Assembly: GCA_020891255.1 (NCBI GenBank)
Contig: BQFW01000012.1
Location: 682,001-746,000, forward strand
Direction: 5' to 3'
DNA from: Entomortierella parvispora E1425
Lineage: Eukaryota; Fungi; Mortierellomycota
Length of the DNA stretch: 64,000 bases
Part shown: in pieces, positions 23,122 to 35,912 of the stretch
Numbering within the stretch: position 1 is the first letter of the stretch
Layout: every line of letters begins with the position of its first letter
The notes under the pieces: model-generated
Databases searched by the model: none
The model's input: only the letters and a program-made list of their open reading frames with translations
What the model was told of the DNA's origin: nothing
Program-made: the position numbers and the translations under genes

Positions 23122-25483
23122 GCGCATTGTAGTCACATAAGACGGTTCAGGTGAGACTGAACGGAAAGACGTCTTTGACGACTTTGATCGAAGCGATATA
23201 GCGCGGCTGGCCTTGACCCGCAGATGTGTGTCGGTCACAGTTTCCTTGTAAAGCGAGTCATAGTGCTCCAGCTCAGTCTTATCCGGCTGGTATATCCTGC
23301 TATTCTTGCCCAAGAGACTGCTGGATTTGCTTGTACGTCGGCTCATCATCGACACCATTGAAGCCAACATACGCGCTTCCGTGTCAGAGGCTGCTTCTCT
23401 TTGTCTAAAAGCGGTTCCATCCTGCTGAGAATGATACGGGAGATCATCATCAGTTTCGTCGACACTATTCAAGCCTCCCTGCCGAGATCCGCTGGCCGCC
23501 GTCATTCGGACATAGTACGGATCTGTAATTTCTGGGAGAACTCCTGAGTCTGGCCGACAGACTGTAAAGTGCTCGGAATTTGTTGGCGTCTCACTAGGGC
23601 TCTCATCTGCTGCGAACCCATAATGTGAAGACCAGTTTTCCGGGAGTTCACTTGTATGAGTTCGATGGAAGGTGGGGACAGATCCTCCTGCTGGCGCTGC
23701 TGTTGCATATGGGTTAGAATCATGGTACTGTTGGCTCTGCACCGGCTGAAGCTGAGAAGGAGGGCCAGGTTCCTGCTGCTGAAACTGTTGCTGCTGTTGT
23801 TGTTCCTGCTGCTGTTGATATTGTTGTCTCTGCTGATATAATTGCTGGAATTGCTGTTGCTGTGTATAGAATCGAGCCGCTTGTTGTTGATTTGGAGGAT
23901 TCCGGTCGTGAGTGACCAAGGTCGAGGGGCCAACTGTCCGAGGATACAAAATTGGTGAGCTCTCGTCTGTACGATAGCTGGCAGCTGATGCCATAGATGC
24001 TTGACGGCGAGGCAAACTGCGTGTGTTCGAGGGTGGCGAAGGCACATTATAGTCACTTTGTTGGCTTAGATGGTGTAAACTGTGGCTGCTTCCGTAATAG
24101 GCCAAAGAAGGGACAGAGCTATTGTTGAATGACTTTTGTGAGGTAAGCAGCGACGCTGGGGGGTTTTTGTATGGGGAGGCACCGTGGGATTGGTATTGCT
24201 GCTGCTGCTGCTGCTGAAACTGGCTGTGCTGGACATGGTACACTGTCTGCTGTGGTTGCAAAGGCGGAAGATGTCGAATCTGACGGTGGTGCTGAGAAGG
24301 CGACTGACCAGCGCGCTGTTGTGCGGTGTGATGCACTCTTGAGGGCAGTCGTATGTCCTCTGAGGTGTTTGCTAGAATCACGTCGATATCGGGAAGCGTT
24401 GGTTTGGGTCGACGAGGCGAGGATGCTAGACTTGGAGACTTCTTCGGAAGGAGGGCGTTCGCCCGACGACTACTTCCAATTGTACTCACATTCCCGCCAC
24501 TGCTGCCATGGCCGCCGTTGCCATCATGGTCAACGCCTCCGTTATTGCTCTCAGGCATTCTTCTCTCCTGCATTTCCTCGAGCATCTTGGTTTTTTTGGC
24601 ACGTTCCCTCGTTGTCTTTTTGATGATGGCGTCGATCCTCTTGTCCATTTTGTGGCAGACGTATTCTTTTAGATTTCCTCGGACCTTGGCCACCAATAGG
24701 ACCCAAAGCAAGACAGCAATTAACGTCGCAATGCCAGAAAAGATAAACATCAGGGAGGTGAAAACCATGACGCAGAAGGTGAACTTGTCTGCGATTTTGA
24801 GATTGGGCAGGAGTAGTCCAATATCGTCATGGTGCCCAAAAAAGTCAAAGCCCACGGCCTTCATGAATGCAATTAGCGTCATGATGTTGATGACCTGTCT
24901 TGGTGCTTGGACGACAAGATGTTTCCATCCTACATGATATGCAAGAGTGCGATCAGTATTAAGCTCGCCTTCCTAAATGAATTGATGCAGGGGAAAGGTA
25001 TGTTGCAGCTGTTTTACCTTTCAGTTGAAAAAAAACAAAGAATGACAACTTGTCGTGAAGCTTGCTCGAGTTTCTGATCTTTTCGATGAAGCAAAAGTAA
25101 TCAAACTTTTGGAGACAATAGAACCCAGAAACAATCTGGTTCGAGACCGCATAGGAGATATCCTGGCTCTTGATCACCTTGTTTGCTTTCCTTAAGTCAA
25201 ACGCCAGCAGTACGAACGAGAGCAGAATACAAGCCGAGAAAATCCAGCGAGCAATGGAAAGGTCGATGGTAGGCTTTATCGTGGAGGTCCAGGACCCTGA
25301 GATGATCAGGATGGTGCAGGTCCAGATATCTCCACACAGCACTAAGATTGCCTTAAAGAACATGATCCAGACCCAACTGTACCGCAGGTGAGCCCACACA
25401 GAGTTCGAATGAAAATCCGGGATATGGATGAATTCAAACTTGTGTGAAGGCACCTGCTCCGTTTTCCACTTTGGAGGCGCCAT
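21508..25483 (-). CDS. KCH1: Fungal KCH-family low-affinity K+ transporter (Kch1/Prm6-like) with a very long disordered C-tail; 2 exons
   Basis: Exon 1 (25018-25483) reads HKFEFIHIPDF...YSWVWIMF...GDIWT...IARWIFSACILLSFVLL...FFVFFQLKG. After intron 24930-25017 it continues GWKHLVVQAPRQVINIMTL, then a TM helix and VRGNLKEYVCHKMDKRI. All match the KCH family pattern. Confidence 0.8.
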
Positions 25484-26532
25484 GGTTGTATCTGTGGGTT
25501 TGTCTCTCTTTCAGGCCTGATTGCGGGCAATGGACGCGGGGGGGGAATATGAAGATCAGTGGACAAGGACAAGGGAAGGAAGTCTGAGTCAGGGGTAAAT
25601 GATTTAAATGAGCTGGTGGTACAGAATTCGGCCAGACAACGCGTGGTGACAACAATGTGGCAATGGGGTATGAATGAATGAATGAGGCGAATGAGAATGC
25701 AAGGAATGAAGGATCGAACAGCGGCAAATGGCAAGAATGGAGGGAATGTCAAGAACTGGTCCAAGAACCAAGGAAAGTGACACGACAGGCGCTGTGTTTC
25801 TGTGGACTCTTTATTTGTTTATGTTTTTCAGTTTTTCTCCTCTTTTTAAGCTGCTTCCAGCTCGCAGACAACCCCACCCACATGTACTCAAAGAGGCGTA
25901 AGGAGGAGGACAATCCAACCTTGAGGATATGAAACGCAGCGGTGCCTGGACGCAGATGAATCATATCAAACCGCGGCCTACTTTTTGAGTTTACAAAACT
26001 GTCTCTGAAGGTCTCATTTGCGAGCGGATCTGAAGAGGTATTTTTACGGGCCAACTACATAGTACAGAGTTATTTGACAGCGAAGAACAGCAAAACGAAA
26101 TACTCCAAGCAGCCCACGATCTAGATCGACCGCAATGGCCACCCATTGCTCCGAGAATCTGTCCACGCATTTACACCGTAGTAATGGCATATGGGCGCAG
26201 ACATCCTGCTAACAGGCCCCAGATCAAGGTCACTTGAAAATTAATGAGAGCTTCACAATTGAACAAAAAAGGGGGGTGCAGGAGACGTCTTGTAGTGGAA
26301 CCCCGAATCAGTCCATCTAGACATGTTGGCACGATTATGTCTAAAGGCGAGACTAAACAGCAAAAATGAGCACAAGTCGATTCCATTGCGCAAAGAGTCT
26401 CTCCTCATGTTCAACCATCCAAAGAATCAAATCCGTGGGACTCTGGTGTTAGATAAATTACAATGTATTTGAGAGTATGCTGTAGGGTGAATTGAATTGC
26501 TGATAGAGTCCATTCTAGATTCCCATGCACGT

Positions 26533-27111
26533 TTACTTGGACTTCTTCTTAACGGGCTTGGTGGGAATGACATAAGGATCAACCCCCTGACTAAAGGATT
26601 GACAACGCGTTAATAAGAAAAAGATGAGTGCCCTGTTCTGAATCGTAGAATCGTGGACAGTGATACAAAAGGAGCAATGGTGAAAACGCCCATTCCTTAC
26701 CGGTACTTTTCCGTCCAGTTCAAGATCCAGCGTCTCTGCTTAACAGACAAAGCCATATCGGTCTTCATCTCGGCGGGCGAAGCTGTGAACAAATGCTCCC
26801 AGGATTTGAACTTTTCTGCGACCGAGGCCGAGTTGCGGCCAATCTTTGTCAAAAATGCAGTGGGATCATTGATATCTCCTGCATAGGCGGAATGAAAGGA
26901 GCGAGATGTTAGCCATCCAATACTTGTATATGTCTCTCCCAATCCTGCTGTCGCTATCAACTTTCGTCCAGCGGTCCCAAGCGCTTTGTTCCTGAAATGA
27001 CTGATCTAGTTTACCTCTTGGTGCGGGCACTGCCTTTTTAGCGGCAGCTCCATGGATTCCGCGGACGCCGGCAACAGTTGTCCTTGTAATGCAGCGAGCA
27101 AATGTGTTCAT
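26533..27111 (-). CDS. FYV4: Mitochondrial ribosomal protein mS41 (IGR domain, FYV4-like), 3 exons, 110 aa
   Basis: Exons 27015-27111, 26701-26878 and 26533-26590 give an R/T-rich presequence followed by FLTKIGRNS...FKSWEHLF...LSVKQRRWILNWTEKYR|QGVDP, the IGR-motif domain. Confidence 0.85.
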
Positions 27112-27375
27112 AGTCGATAGTGTTGGTTCGTTGGTGAATGAATGCTTTGTTGCATCGCAATGTTGAAGGGCTGTCCATGTCAGCAATCCGGAGATCTGTT
27201 TTGGTGGCTTGTTGTGTCACGTGTATACTATGAGTTTGGTGGCGTCTGAGCATGGAGTTCAAGATAATGTACAACTTTTATTGCCAAACAAATGGGTGGA
27301 AAGATCAGGCAAAAGGGACGCCAGAAATCCCGACAAGATAGTGGAGAGAATGTTGGGAGGTATCTATTGATCCAA

Positions 27376-28006
27376 CTAGTACTTGTACTTTGTCGAGTAA
27401 TCCTTGGGCGAGACCACAAGACCTCGTCCCTTACGAGCACCTCTAAAGACCGTTTCTACGATATCGATCAACTCCTGTTTGCTCTCCAGTGCCCAATTGA
27501 TCTTGTTGTTGTTTCCCGTGCCAAGATCCACCATGATATGTTTGTTGCGGAAGAAGAACATGGTCGTGCAGGGGTCGTACAACTCATACATCTTGTTAAA
27601 ATCAGGGACTAGTTGGTTGTCAACCAAATAAATGACGGCGAAATTCTTGATCTTTTCCGCCACTGAGTATAAGAGATCATCCATCAACATGCATGTGGGG
27701 TCCTAAAAACAAGGTGAAGAAATAGAGTGACAGGAAGTAAGTTATCCTGGAGAATAGTAAATGACACGATCCCATCAACACAAACGAGGTTAGCCAGGTA
27801 CGTACCCAACTTGTTCCAAACCTCAAAATAACAACACGATCTTCTTCTGAAAGAATGGCTTGGTCAACTTGCCAGCCGTTCTCAAGTTGTGGAAGGAAAT
27901 AAGCCTATGGTCAGGACGAAGGAAACACGCCTGTCAATCATATGAACGAAATGCAGTGCATTGCAAGGGCACTTGAAACTTGCGAATGGTGGAGGACACC
28001 TACCAT
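27376..28006 (-). CDS. DIB1: U5 snRNP thioredoxin-like protein Dim1/DIB1 (TXNL4A), 3 coding exons
   Basis: ATG|GTAGGT at 28006-28004, then exons 27806-27904 (AYFLPQLENGWQVDQAILSEEDRVVILRFGTSW) and 27376-27702 (DPTCM...RNKHIMVDLGTGNNNKINW...RGARKGRGLVVSPKDYSTKYKY). Total 142 aa, the canonical Dim1 length. Confidence 0.95.
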
Positions 28007-28283
28007 TATGAATACTAGGGCAAATGAAATCCAAGTGTATGACGAAGGCGGTTGATGCCAAGGCGTGAATGAATGTGTTGGAGCGGGTAAAGATGGGAGG
28101 GTGGGAAAGAACAAGACAGAAAAGTCGAGAAACAGCATCGCCTCCCATCGAGACCTGTCTCCGCGGTGGCTTGTGGAGAACAAAGCTTTTCTTTTTTTTT
28201 TTTTTTTTTTTTTTTTGTGTCTTGCGCCCATTCGTTGTCATTCTTTCCTCCCTCTGTTCTAGACAACTCACATCCAAATCACA
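28007..28283. promoter_or_regulatory. Probable bidirectional promoter between DIB1 and the TPR-protein gene
   Basis: Divergent start codons at 28006 (-) and 28284 (+) are 277 bp apart; the spacer contains a long poly-T tract (about 28192-28216). Confidence 0.5.
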
Positions 28284-30463
28284 ATGAAAAAGCACGGTGC
28301 AGGAAAAGAAAAGAAGAAGCCAGCAAAGGAGGCACCTACACCTCAAACTTGGGAGGAGTACATGGAAGGTAATGGAAAGTCTACATCCTCGGCCGAAACA
28401 GTGCCTACCGTAAAAGCACGCGCGTGCTATGGGCAGTACAAACAAGAGGGAGAGGGAAGACCCCTCGGGTGCAATGCAGTTGCATGGAGCTAGATGGAAG
28501 GCATTGAATCTCTTTGCGGAAAGCGATCGTTGGGACAGCGCTCTATGGCCTAGCGTGACTATGGAGAAACGAAATAAGAGTGCCTATCGCTGACATGTCT
28601 TCTCCCGTCTTTTCTTTTCTCATTCTGCGTACCATCGTTGGTTGCCACGGTTCTAGAGGGCGTTCTTCTGGAGGAGAAAGGTGAGCTAATGTCATGCACC
28701 CCGTCACCGAGTCGATGTCTCACGCGAGCAGCATCCCTTACATTTTTGCTGTTGTTTGTCTCTGTACTCCGTGTCATTGTGATTGATCTCTAGGCGAACG
28801 CTATGCTACCGGAGACAAGGCTAGGCGCTTTTATGAAAAGGCTGGAGACATGTACAACAAAGCATGCAAGCTGAACCCCGAAGACTCGGACTGCCTCTAT
28901 AACTTGTAGGTGCTTCATCGTCTTTGATAGGCTGCCTCTCGCCCTGCTTTGTTAAATGCTTACGAAGATTGATTGTACTGCTCTCCTAGTGGACGTGTTC
29001 TTTACATCTTGGTCGACTTCACCCACTCACCTTGCCAGAAGCTGTCGCTATTGAATGCTTCCATCGAACGATTCAGATCTGCGTTGAACTACGATTCCGA
29101 CAACGCCGATACCCTCTTCAACCTAGCTCAAGCGTTGACTACTCATGCCGAGGTCATCCAGGATCACGATGAGGAAGATGAGGACGAGGAGCATGACCAT
29201 GATCACAGCCATGGCGATCACGACCACGCTCACGGCAGTCCCGAGGAGAGGGCCGCCACCGAGCTGCAGGAGGCGATCGCGCTCTTTGAAAGCTGCTATT
29301 CGATCCAACAGCGCGAGCTCTACAGTGCTGTTCGGGAGGCTCAGCCGAAAGAAGAGGATGAGTCGGCAGAGATGCGTCAACAGGAGCTTTCTGCCTCTGC
29401 TGGTGTTTTGATTGATACCCTCATCTCGGCCTCTCAGGCATTGACCTCATTGGCGTTCTTGGTCGACACCGTGGAACGCTCTCACGATTACTATCAACAG
29501 GCTTCGGAGAAGCTCAACATTGCACTGGGCGTTGCAAACGACAAGGCGCTTTGGCCTACCAACGCAGAAGAATCATCTAGTGGTAAAGGCAAGCAAGCCG
29601 CAGCTGAACTTCTTATGGAAAGCGAGGAGGACATCTTGCCAGCCACCAAGCCTGTCTCGACTTTCCGCGAGGCGCAATCTCAGGATGAGACTGTCAGCCA
29701 GAAGGAGAAGACTTGTGACATCCATCTTCAATATTCCAACCTCTTGTCATCGCAAACCGACCGTAATTACCAGGATACAGGAAAGATCTCTGAAGAACTC
29801 TACGAAAAGTCTTTGCAGCACTTGGACATCGTTTTGAGCTTTTATCCTCGACATGTCGAAGCCCTCTGCGATAAGGGTGACCTCTTGGGTGCATGGGCAC
29901 AGGGTTTGGCTGCTTTCGAACCTCAAGTCAGTATGGCCGACATCGAGCGATGGGAGTCTAGATCGACCATTGCCGCAGAACCAACTGCCTCTTCAGGCGC
30001 GAGCACCAAGAGCGGAAGCGGTCGCCCAGCTAGAATCTGGCAATTGTTTGCGCAGGCAACGCGCGCCTTTCTCTCGGCTCTCGAGGTCGAGCCTCAGAAT
30101 ACGTCCATCTTGGAAAAGTTGGGAGATATTCACTGGTCTCGCTCCTTGCTGTCGTCGTCTGTTGCGCTCAAGAACCGCCCCATGCTGTTGAACAACGCTA
30201 GTGTTTACTACAGGTTTGCATGGGAGTCTTGCCGTGACGGAGCTGAGAATGTGGACGAGGATCAGAGAATGGACATTCTCCTCAGCTGGGCCCAGGTCTT
30301 GAGGGCCCTTCCAGGCAAGGACGAGGAGGTGATTCGCGTCCTGAAGCAATGGAAGAGAGTGGGGGGCACCAAGGACATGCTTCAGGATATGCTCGAGGGC
30401 GGTGCTGGTGATATTTTGCAGCTCGACTTTGTCGAGTTTGCACTTAAACTGGTCTTTAATTAA
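28284..30463 (+). CDS. TPR-like alpha-helical repeat protein (conserved fungal, UPF0656-like); at least 4 exons
   Basis: Exon 1 28284-28368 (MKKHGAGKEKKKPAKEAPTPQTWEEYME), micro-exon 28657-28680 (EGVLLEEK), exon 3 from 28794 (GERYATGDKARRFYEKAGDMYNKACKLNPEDSDCLYN) and exon 4 from 28990 (FGRVLYIL...ALNYDSDNADTLFNLAQAL). Several A..P.N/..L..P.. TPR-like turns. Confidence 0.75.
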
Positions 30464-30901
30464 GGACTGTAGAATACTTTAATATAAAAACCCTTTTATT
30501 TTTGGTGACATGGACCTTCAATTTCAAATTCTTCTTTTCTGGGCTGTTGACTTACAAGGGCGGAGAGGAGGGCCCCAAAGAGGTCAAAGGCGCGCGTCTT
30601 GGACGGGGAGGAACCGGCATGCAGTAACCATACCAGCATTTGAGGCCACGTCACAAGAGCCGGCGGATCGATGCTCCCGCGCCCTTGGCGTGCCCCCTCT
30701 TTGTCTCCCTCTTCCCGTCGTTGCTTTCGTTCATCCTTCACATCTTGACTCTCGTTCTCTCTTCCCCTCTTCTTCTCTCTCACTCACACACGAGGATCAA
30801 CAGTCGAAAAGAAAGAAACTTGATCGCATCCTTTGGAATCCATCTCGCGTCTACCTCTTCCTCGTGCTCACCGCATCTCTTGCACAATACGCTTTTTAAC
30901 C

Positions 30902-31926
30902 ATGACTCGGAAGCTTGTTTCGGCCACTTTGGCCATCTCATTCCTACTCCTGGCCAGCACCATGGTTCAGGCCATCAAGTTTGATCTCCCTGGTCTGCCC
31001 GAGAATGATGCCAATCCCGTCTGCATCTCTCATTTCGTTGACGAGAATACTGAGGTTATTGTGAAAGTCAGAGTTGGACCTGGCCCTCAGCAGAAGGTTT
31101 CCGTCGAGGTAAAACTGGGACATCCCTCGTCATTCAAAAAAAAGGGGGCGAAAAAGGGATCATGCCAGGGAAATGAAAGAAGGAAAACAAGAAGGAGATG
31201 AGATGAAACTGAGGCATGGCAAAGCAATGATTAACTCTTTGACTGGCCCATCTTATAGGTGAACGACGACAGTGTTCATCAGAACCAGTTCTGGCGCAAG
31301 GATGGATTGACAGACACTGTGCAAAAGGGCACGTTCTTGAACAAGGAAGCTGGAGATGTTGTCGCATGCTTCACCAACGTTCTTAGTGCTGGTAAAGATA
31401 TCAACGGGTTGTTTCGCTGGACGAACTCGATCTTCAGATCCGTTGGAACAATCTTCTAAATAACCGGCCATTTCGCTTGATAGGCTACAAACCCGACTCC
31501 CGTTACTCGCGTGTTGTTGACATCGACTTTGAGATTGGATCAGAAACAATTGACTATGAAAAGCTGGCAGAAACAGAAAAGCTAAAGCCCATGGAGCTGG
31601 CGCTTCGCAAGCTTGAGGACATGGTCAAGGATATTCTAGAGAATATGGAACATCTTCAGGCACGCGAGGAAAGAATGCGTAACACGAATGGTAAAGAATA
31701 TGATTGGATACTGGAAAAGTCGCTGATGCATGCTATTCACCGGGAAGAGACTGGATAGCTGCTCTTAAACTGGATCACTAACACGCCTCTACCTTCTCAA
31801 ACAGAATCGACCAACGCTCGTGTACAGTGGTTTTCCACCATGACCATGTTTGTCTTGATTGCATTGGGCGCATGGCAGATTATGTACTTGAAGCAGTTCT
31901 TCCGCAAGAAGAGACTTATCGACTAG
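30902..31926 (+). CDS. ERV25: p24 family cargo receptor, delta subfamily (ERV25/TMED10), 4 exons
   Basis: Signal peptide, GOLD domain (IKFDLP...CISHF), EKLKPMELALRKLEDMV coiled coil, RNTN|ESTNARVQWFS, TM helix and C-terminal YLKQFFRKKRLID*. Confidence 0.93.
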
Positions 31927-32312
31927 ACGACATCACACCTCTCGGCTTTTGCATCCCCCATCCCCAATATTCTTGGACAGCAGAAACAAAAGAGAAACAT
32001 GTTGCAATAGAGACAGAGAGACGAACCACAACATGGATATCATAGCTACCGCCTTTTTAATACATTTTTTTCTATCCATATATCCAAATACTCACACTGG
32101 ACGCCTCCAGCGTTTTTTGTCGCCCATGCTCTTGTTTTAAAGTGTTTGCAAACCACACCTTCCTGTGGCACCATTTTTTTTTTTTTTTTTTTTTGCATGA
32201 TTGGACACAACCAGGGCACAGCAAAACCTGCGTCTTTGCCTTTTCTCAATTTCTCTCTCTTTAATCCTCACCGCACTTCCACGCTACAAGTCCATGTTCC
32301 CTGATTGCCACC

Positions 32313-35300
32313 ATGTCCATACCACCGATCCTTCCCCTCCAACATTTTCAAGCGTATCAGCCATCGCTATCGTTGACCGCTGTCACCACCACCAACATCA
32401 ACAATCCAATCCGCAAAGTTGAAACTCGCCGCGACCCTCTAACAGGGACCTACTTCATCCTTTGGAGAGATGTTATCACTCTGTACCCAAACGCGAAACG
32501 TGTTATGGACAGCAATACATTGGTTTCCTTCATGGTTGGAGGCGACCTTGAGGAGTAAGTAACGCAGGGTATTCATCGCTGGATTGGTTACCTCGAATTT
32601 GAAAAGAGACGACTTATGAAAAAAAAATCCATTGCTTCTAGACTGACACCACCAAGAATTCGCTATTACCCAGGCAAGGTCCTGAGTGTAGTCTTGACTT
32701 CGATACCACCAGTGTCCGCCGATCCTGCCGGGTCGCCCGTTCCTCTTGAGATTTCAGTAGACGAAAACCAAAACCCGCCTCGTCCTTCTGTGGCGGACAC
32801 CGTCCTGGAACCCACTGTGAAGACAGAGCACACTGTCGCTGACCTCGGCATCTCTGATAGAGACCAGAAGGTCACCCATCCTTTACCAAACTCCTCGCCT
32901 CTGGTTTCACGCAACCCTACGGATGCAGAGGATGCCCGGTTCTTGATCCCCAGCATCTATCCACACACCAAGACTTGGTTCAGTGCAAGGACGCCACGGC
33001 TTTTCATCCTCCTGCCTTCGACAGCAGCTGCCGCCGAAGGACTTTGTCTGTCATCTTATCCTCAACGATCGCCTTACTCGACGAAGTTGACATCCGCAAA
33101 TCAGCTCCGGCTCTACTTCTTTTGTGAATCATTTGAAGGATACACCGTGCCCAAAAAAGACCATTGGGTCCATCTGGCTCAGCAGGCCGGATATAGAATT
33201 GCACAACCAACTCTGTTCTTGAAGGAATTTGGCAACTATATTCTAGCTGTCATGGAGGCCGTAAGGACAGGATTCGCTCAAAGCTCCCGACTAGGCAATC
33301 TCTGTACTCCAGCCGCGAAAATGGCTCGAGAGATGAACAAGTTGGAAAAAGTGGAGATCAACTTGTGGAAATCGCATAATCTATGGTCGATTGGGACCAA
33401 TGTCGATGTATACACCGAGGAGAATGTCACCGCCATGTTGGATGCGACGATTGTATACCTTAAGAGCATGGCCCGTGGACATTCAGCCCTGTGGAGAGAC
33501 CTTGGAAGATCGGACAAAACTTCTTGGAGGGAAGGAGAAGGGATCTGGGATCATATCGACATGAACCTGAAGCAGTACATTCCCAAAACTACAGTCAGAG
33601 TTAAGCACTATGGCGACCTCTACAAGACCCTCAGAAACGATGGCTACTGTCAAATGGTTTGTCAAACCCACTCTCATCGACAGCTGGACTCCGACAATCT
33701 GAATGGGCTTATCGTTGACTCGGACCAGTACATAAGGTGCTTTTGGAATGGGCTACCTACACCCAATTTTGAACAACGGGAGAATACTGCTATCGCACTG
33801 GGTGAAGATCATTTCTCGGACCACCTGAGCTTTATCAGCTTGGACTTCTCTCTTCCAGCGCAAAGCATGTTTGACAGTCTCCCCAGAATCAGAACCTTGA
33901 GCGAACTGAGCCTTGGCCTTAACTGGGACATCAACGCGAAAGACCTCGAACGTTTTGCAGCAGGTATTATTCAGTCGTCCGTGATTTCGTTGTGCCTTTA
34001 CGCAACTGTCCCCCGCAGCGTAACCGCCATTGCTTCACCTGAAGGGATTTCGACCCCCATGAATAGCTATCTCGCTCGACAACATGACCCTTTGCTTCGA
34101 ATGCTCGCCAAGGGAAAACTTCAGCGATTCTTATTCCGTGGACTACCGGATCTGTTTTGGTCCATAAACCAGCAAGAGTCTGCGGAAACAAAGCATCAAT
34201 GGTCCTTGCTTCGTGGACTCTCTGATCTTCTTTGGGTTAGGTGCGAGGACCTACAGTCAGAGTCCTTCCCAACCCTTCTCAGTGCGGACTTTCGCACCAT
34301 CAAGGTGAACAGTCGGATCCTAAGGAAATTTCATGCCTTGCGGATACTGAAGATGGACTTTTCTCACCAAGTTATCGCGCAGGGCTCCATGGTCACTTGT
34401 CTTGCAGCTTGCCCGACATTGGAAGAAGTCGAGGTTTATTTTTCAGGCGCGCATACAGTAAGAACGTACCTTCTCGCTGATGTGGACTCTGTCTTGAGAC
34501 TAGCGCCGCAATGGAAAGAGGAAGGTCGATCTCGTTTAAGATCTTATCGGTCAATTGCCCCGGATGGATATCTCTATTTGGATTTTGTCTCCAAAGAAAG
34601 CAAGGAAATGTCACCTCGGATCTCCTTTTCTCTGTATGGGGAAGGTTATTTACAGCCTCTCCTGGGCGATGTGTTGAAAGGGTACGGATGGGCCATGAAG
34701 GTATTAAACCTGAGTCGCTCGTGGGAGCGATTGGATTTGAAGACCTGGCATCAGTCTATCAAGGATAAGCAAGGAATGGAAACTGCCGTGTATCTTGAGG
34801 AGCTGCACCTTCCTCGTGTCCCGTTGGATTATTATGGTCGATACCTACTGCGGCCGATCCTCATACAGTCACCCCATCTGCGGTCATTGACAGCTCCGGT
34901 GACTTGCTCTAGAGGCGAGCAGTTGCCAGGGCATGCCAAATATGAATATCTGGAGTGGGTTATACGTGATTTGGGACACTGGCTTACGGACTTGTGGCTG
35001 TGTGATTGTCCTGGTTGGAACCCTAGCGCAATGACGGTGATCCCGCTGAAGAAACCCATTCTTGCAAAGCTGACGAGCCTTCTGGTCAAGTTTAACCCTC
35101 AAGAACATGTATATGGGCATGACTGGCTTGCGGATGTGATCGCCTCAAATAGAGAGTACTTTGCCTCTGTCCAGCTTTGTCCTTCTGTGGACCCCCTACA
35201 AAGTATTACGCTGCACGGGGTGAACTTCAAAACTCAAAGTCAAGACCCCTGGAAAAAGATTCTTGAGGCCATTGACTTTTCATCCATGCAAAGTCTCGTT

Positions 35301-35507
35301 ATTGCTAAATCGACATTTGACCAAAAGCATTGGAATACGATGCTGGATTGCCTCCCACCACAGGGACTGCTGCCAGATGGATCTCCAGTCCCGCTCAGAT
35401 CCTTGACCTTGAAGCACACGTTGTTGAGAGAAAACTCGAAAGAAACCAAGTTGAAACAGGAACAGCTCTGCAAAAAGGCACCTTTGGCCGAGTTGACGAT
35501 CGTTTAG
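32313..35507 (+). CDS. Large lineage-specific protein, family member 2 (N-terminal domain, PRLFILLP/CE/HL..GY core, LRR-like C-terminus); 2 exons
   Basis: Exon 1 32313-32554 (RKVETRRDPLTGTYFILWRDVITLYP...VSFMVGGDLE), intron 32555-32641, exon 2 from 32642 (LTPPRIRYYPGKVLSVV ... TPRLFILLP ... LRLYFFCE ... WVHLAQQAGY ... YGDLY ... MVCQTH). Homologous by eye to 450-5441 and 35913-39286. Confidence 0.8.
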
Positions 35508-35912
35508 TTATTAAAACAGACGCAATAAACATCTCTCTCCTGCAACCCCAAGCTGAACATCTAAACCATGGCGCCACCAACTGCAGATCGACTCTTGGTC
35601 ACTAAATGAAGCACAGTGACCAACCCGATAGTCTGGATGGCAGCTTTCGTGGCGCCTACCCTGTTTTTTTTTTCTTGGCAGTGCGATGCAAGAGAAACTA
35701 CGCGTTAGCCTTATGAAACGAGAAAGATGTGGTTTTATGTGCAGTGCACCACTGCTTGCTTTTGTTTTGCATGATTGAGCACAGAGAAAAAGGTACTTTT
35801 GCCACCCCACCCTGTTTTCTTTTTTTTTTTTTTCTTCCTTTCCTCCCCCTCTCGTCTTACTTCACCTTTTCTCACCCATGCGTTATTTTGACTGCACATC
35901 TGGATATTCGCA

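Noticed and set aside
28415-28428. Perfect 14-bp palindrome AGCACGCGCGTGCT in intron 1 of the TPR gene
   Set aside because: It is a single short palindrome built on a CG run with no larger structure, compatible with chance. A similar CG run lies at about 58328-58340.
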